64,000 nucleotides of DNA from NCBI GenBank assembly GCA_965178125.1, contig OZ237735.1:310001-374000 (forward strand). Direction: 5' to 3'. This document shows positions 61,989-64,000 of this stretch, in pieces; positions within the stretch are counted from its first letter, which is position 1; each line of letters starts with the position of its first letter. The DNA comes from Bilabrum cf. latius. Taxonomy: Eukaryota. Both the position numbers and the translations under genes were made by a program. Below the pieces are notes generated by a model. It was not told where the DNA came from, ran no database searches, and saw only the letters and a program-made list of their open reading frames with translations.

Positions 61989-62353
61989 GGAGAGACTGCT
62001 CAGCACACACGGCGCGCGTTGGAACGGTGCTGCTTTGCTCTGGCTGCCTGCCAGCCAAGAGAGGGGCATGCGGTGGGCGAACGAACAGATCCAAGTCGCG
62101 AGAGATGGGATTCGGGGTCGACTAGGATCATGGTGCAGGGCCAGTCATTCGTTTGACTTGCCCTGCAGTGGCTGATGAGGTCGCTGCTGCGTGTGTTTGC
62201 CAGCCCGCTCTCCGATGGAGTGCAAACTCGTCGGGAGCCCTCTGGCGTCGGCCATCGGTTTTGGGATTGGATCAATTAGATCCATTGAATGGCCGAGCCG
62301 CCAATTCGTTTTCGCGATGTCAATCTTAGATTCTGTACCTGGGGCAATCCAGT

Positions 62354-63439
62354 TCAAGGTCCACCCTTGCCCAAATCGGGCCCCGCTCCGTCCCGTGCCG
62401 CCCCGCCACTCGCCGCCTCTCCCTCCCCCGCTGGACCAGCCGACCCCTTCGGCGGCTTGAACTCGCCGCACTCGAGCACCGTCCACTCGTCCACTGGCCT
62501 CTCATTCAGCGCCGTGACCTTGGACATCTCCTCCAGGGCATCCAGCCCGCTCACCACCCTGCCAACGGCCTGGGCCTTGCCGTCCAGCGCGGGCAGGGAG
62601 CGCAGCGTGACGTAAAATTGAGACGCGTTCGAGTTGGGCACGCCGCTCCCAGCCATGCCCACCACGCCTGCAGAGGCATGCGACAGCTTCAAGTGCTCGT
62701 CCGCAAAGCATCCTTGCTTGGAAGTCGGATCCACGAACCCCTCGGGCACGGCCAGGGCGCCCTCAGGGCGGGCGTCGCCAGCGAAGGACGAGACGCCGCC
62801 GTCACCATGCCCCCCGGCCACGTCCCCGCCTTGCACGAAGCCAGCCTCCACCACACGATGAAATGGGGTGCCTTTGTAGTGCAACACTTCGCCACCAGGC
62901 CCCTTCCCGCACTCCCCGGTGCACAGGGCCCTGAAGTTGTCCGCGGCCCGTGGGCACGAATCGTGAAACAGCTCAATGATGATCTCCTTGGGAGACACCT
63001 CGCCTGCCCGCCCGACTTGCATGTACACCAACGGTTGCCTCAGCGCTAGTAGTGCAGAAGATCTTTCAGACTGCGTCTTGTCAGCAAGTTTTGGCTCATC
63101 CATTACCTGCCCGGTCCAATCCAGCGAGCTTCGCGCCCATCTTGCAAGCCCACTGGCATCTCCTAAAAGATCCCTACTCGGCAACATCACGACGCAACAG
63201 TCCTTTTTCCATGATCCAACCAGGTCGGTGTTATTACGTCTCCATTCATCGTAGTCACTTGGCAGGAGAGCGGTAGCTTCGCAGGATACATGTGAATATG
63301 ACGAAGCCAACCGTCGTCCCAACTCCTCAGCGGCATGATATGCGGCCGAACTGACGTTGCCAACTATACTCAAAACAACTGGCTCGATCTCATCCGTTCC
63401 TGCCATGCAATCAGCAGCTTTCGTATCTACAACGGACAT
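62354..63439 (-). CDS. Cyclophilin-family protein with an N-terminal extension (PPIL6-like)
   Basis: IELFHDSCPRAADNFRALCTGE, LHYKGTPFHRVV, FVQGGD, GVVGMA, SNASQFYVTL; ends TGA. Confidence 0.88.
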   Translation of the reverse strand: MSVVDTKAADCMAGTDEIEPVVLSIVGNVSSAAYHAAEELGRRLASSYSHVSCEATALLPSDYDEWRRNNTDLVGSWKKDCCVVMLPSRDLLGDASGLARWARSSLDWTGQVMDEPKLADKTQSERSSALLALRQPLVYMQVGRAGEVSPKEIIIELFHDSCPRAADNFRALCTGECGKGPGGEVLHYKGTPFHRVVEAGFVQGGDVAGGHGDGGVSSFAGDARPEGALAVPEGFVDPTSKQGCFADEHLKLSHASAGVVGMAGSGVPNSNASQFYVTLRSLPALDGKAQAVGRVVSGLDALEEMSKVTALNERPVDEWTVLECGEFKPPKGSAGPAGEGEAASGGAARDGAGPDLGKGGP

Positions 63440-63621
63440 TCCTCAATTTCGAGTACCGGTTGCAACCAGATGCACTGCACGAACTGAGCCGGACGCCCGG
63501 CGGACAGCAACTGCAAGTGAGGTCGCCGACACCTGGGAGTGCGGCACCCATGAGTTTTTCTCTGGGAATTATTCTTATCCACGGCATGGCTGCGTTTGCG
63601 AACCAAGCTGAAATTGGGGGA

Positions 63622-64000
63622 ATGGCAAGCGGCAAGTCCGTCAGTCCTGTCTCGGAAAGCCCCGGTGTGGGCAGCCAGACGAATGTTGACGGAATCATTC
63701 CGCCTGATATCCGCAGCTAGATTGAACGTGCAGCTAGAGAATAGGCCCAGCGTGACATTGAGCAACTGTTGAGGTCCAGGCAGTCGAAACGGACCGGCGT
63801 GCCGAAGCAGAATCGACGAATCCGGGCAATAGTTTATGACGATGGCACTGTGGAGGAATGCTGTTCTTGCAGTAGTGCTGCTGCCGGTGGGCCCCCACCC
63901 ACGTAGACGTAGGGCAAAAAGCGGCAGTCGTCTGTCCAATTTGACGAGACACCCTCAGGATTGCCCTCTGGCATTCTCCCTGGCTCCATTGAAGAATCAA
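63622..64000 (+). CDS. 5' part of an unidentified gene running off the window, divergent from the cyclophilin
   Basis: Frame is open to the window end, broken only by TAG at 63718, 63742, 63904 and 63910. The start could be ATG 63586. Confidence 0.5.

Noticed and set aside
154-64000. In-frame TAGs as pseudogenisation, C-to-T hypermutation or sequencing error
   Set aside because: Those processes would also create TAA and TGA (from CAA, CGA, TGG) and frameshifts. Only TAG recurs, on both strands, in genes with intact catalytic motifs.
1-64000. Suppressor tRNA-Gln(CUA) or eRF1 gene in this window
   Set aside because: I saw no tRNA cloverleaf or release-factor motif by eye; the machinery is presumably encoded elsewhere.

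Overview
GC-rich, gene-dense eukaryotic nuclear DNA with short GT-AG spliceosomal introns, probably from a heterotrophic protist (a bicosoecid-like stramenopile is my guess, not established). The dominant signal is a non-standard genetic code: TAG is a sense codon, almost certainly Gln, while TAA and TGA both remain stops. Reading TAG as Gln fuses the fragmented ORF track into about 17 coherent genes. These are a qRRM-like protein, a sulfatase with a ricin-B-like domain, an SRRM1-like PWI protein, head-to-head RPS16/RPL13, RAD18, a coiled-coil+PAS protein, a ~4,240-aa ARM+PH protein resembling the apicomplexan glideosome-associated connector (GAC), a USP deubiquitinase, a GH3 glycosidase, a frameshifted ankyrin gene, an acid-lipase-like hydrolase, a ~4,800-aa FG-GAP/Cys-rich/multi-TM surface protein with a recent 1314-bp triplication, a beta-helix (GH55/pectate-lyase-3-like) gene truncated by a transposon, a GH31 with a PAN/apple insert, a PPIL6-like cyclophilin and a partial gene at the right edge. 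Two copies of a non-autonomous DNA transposon with 275-bp TIRs are also present. All family calls rest on motifs recognised by eye; no searches were run.
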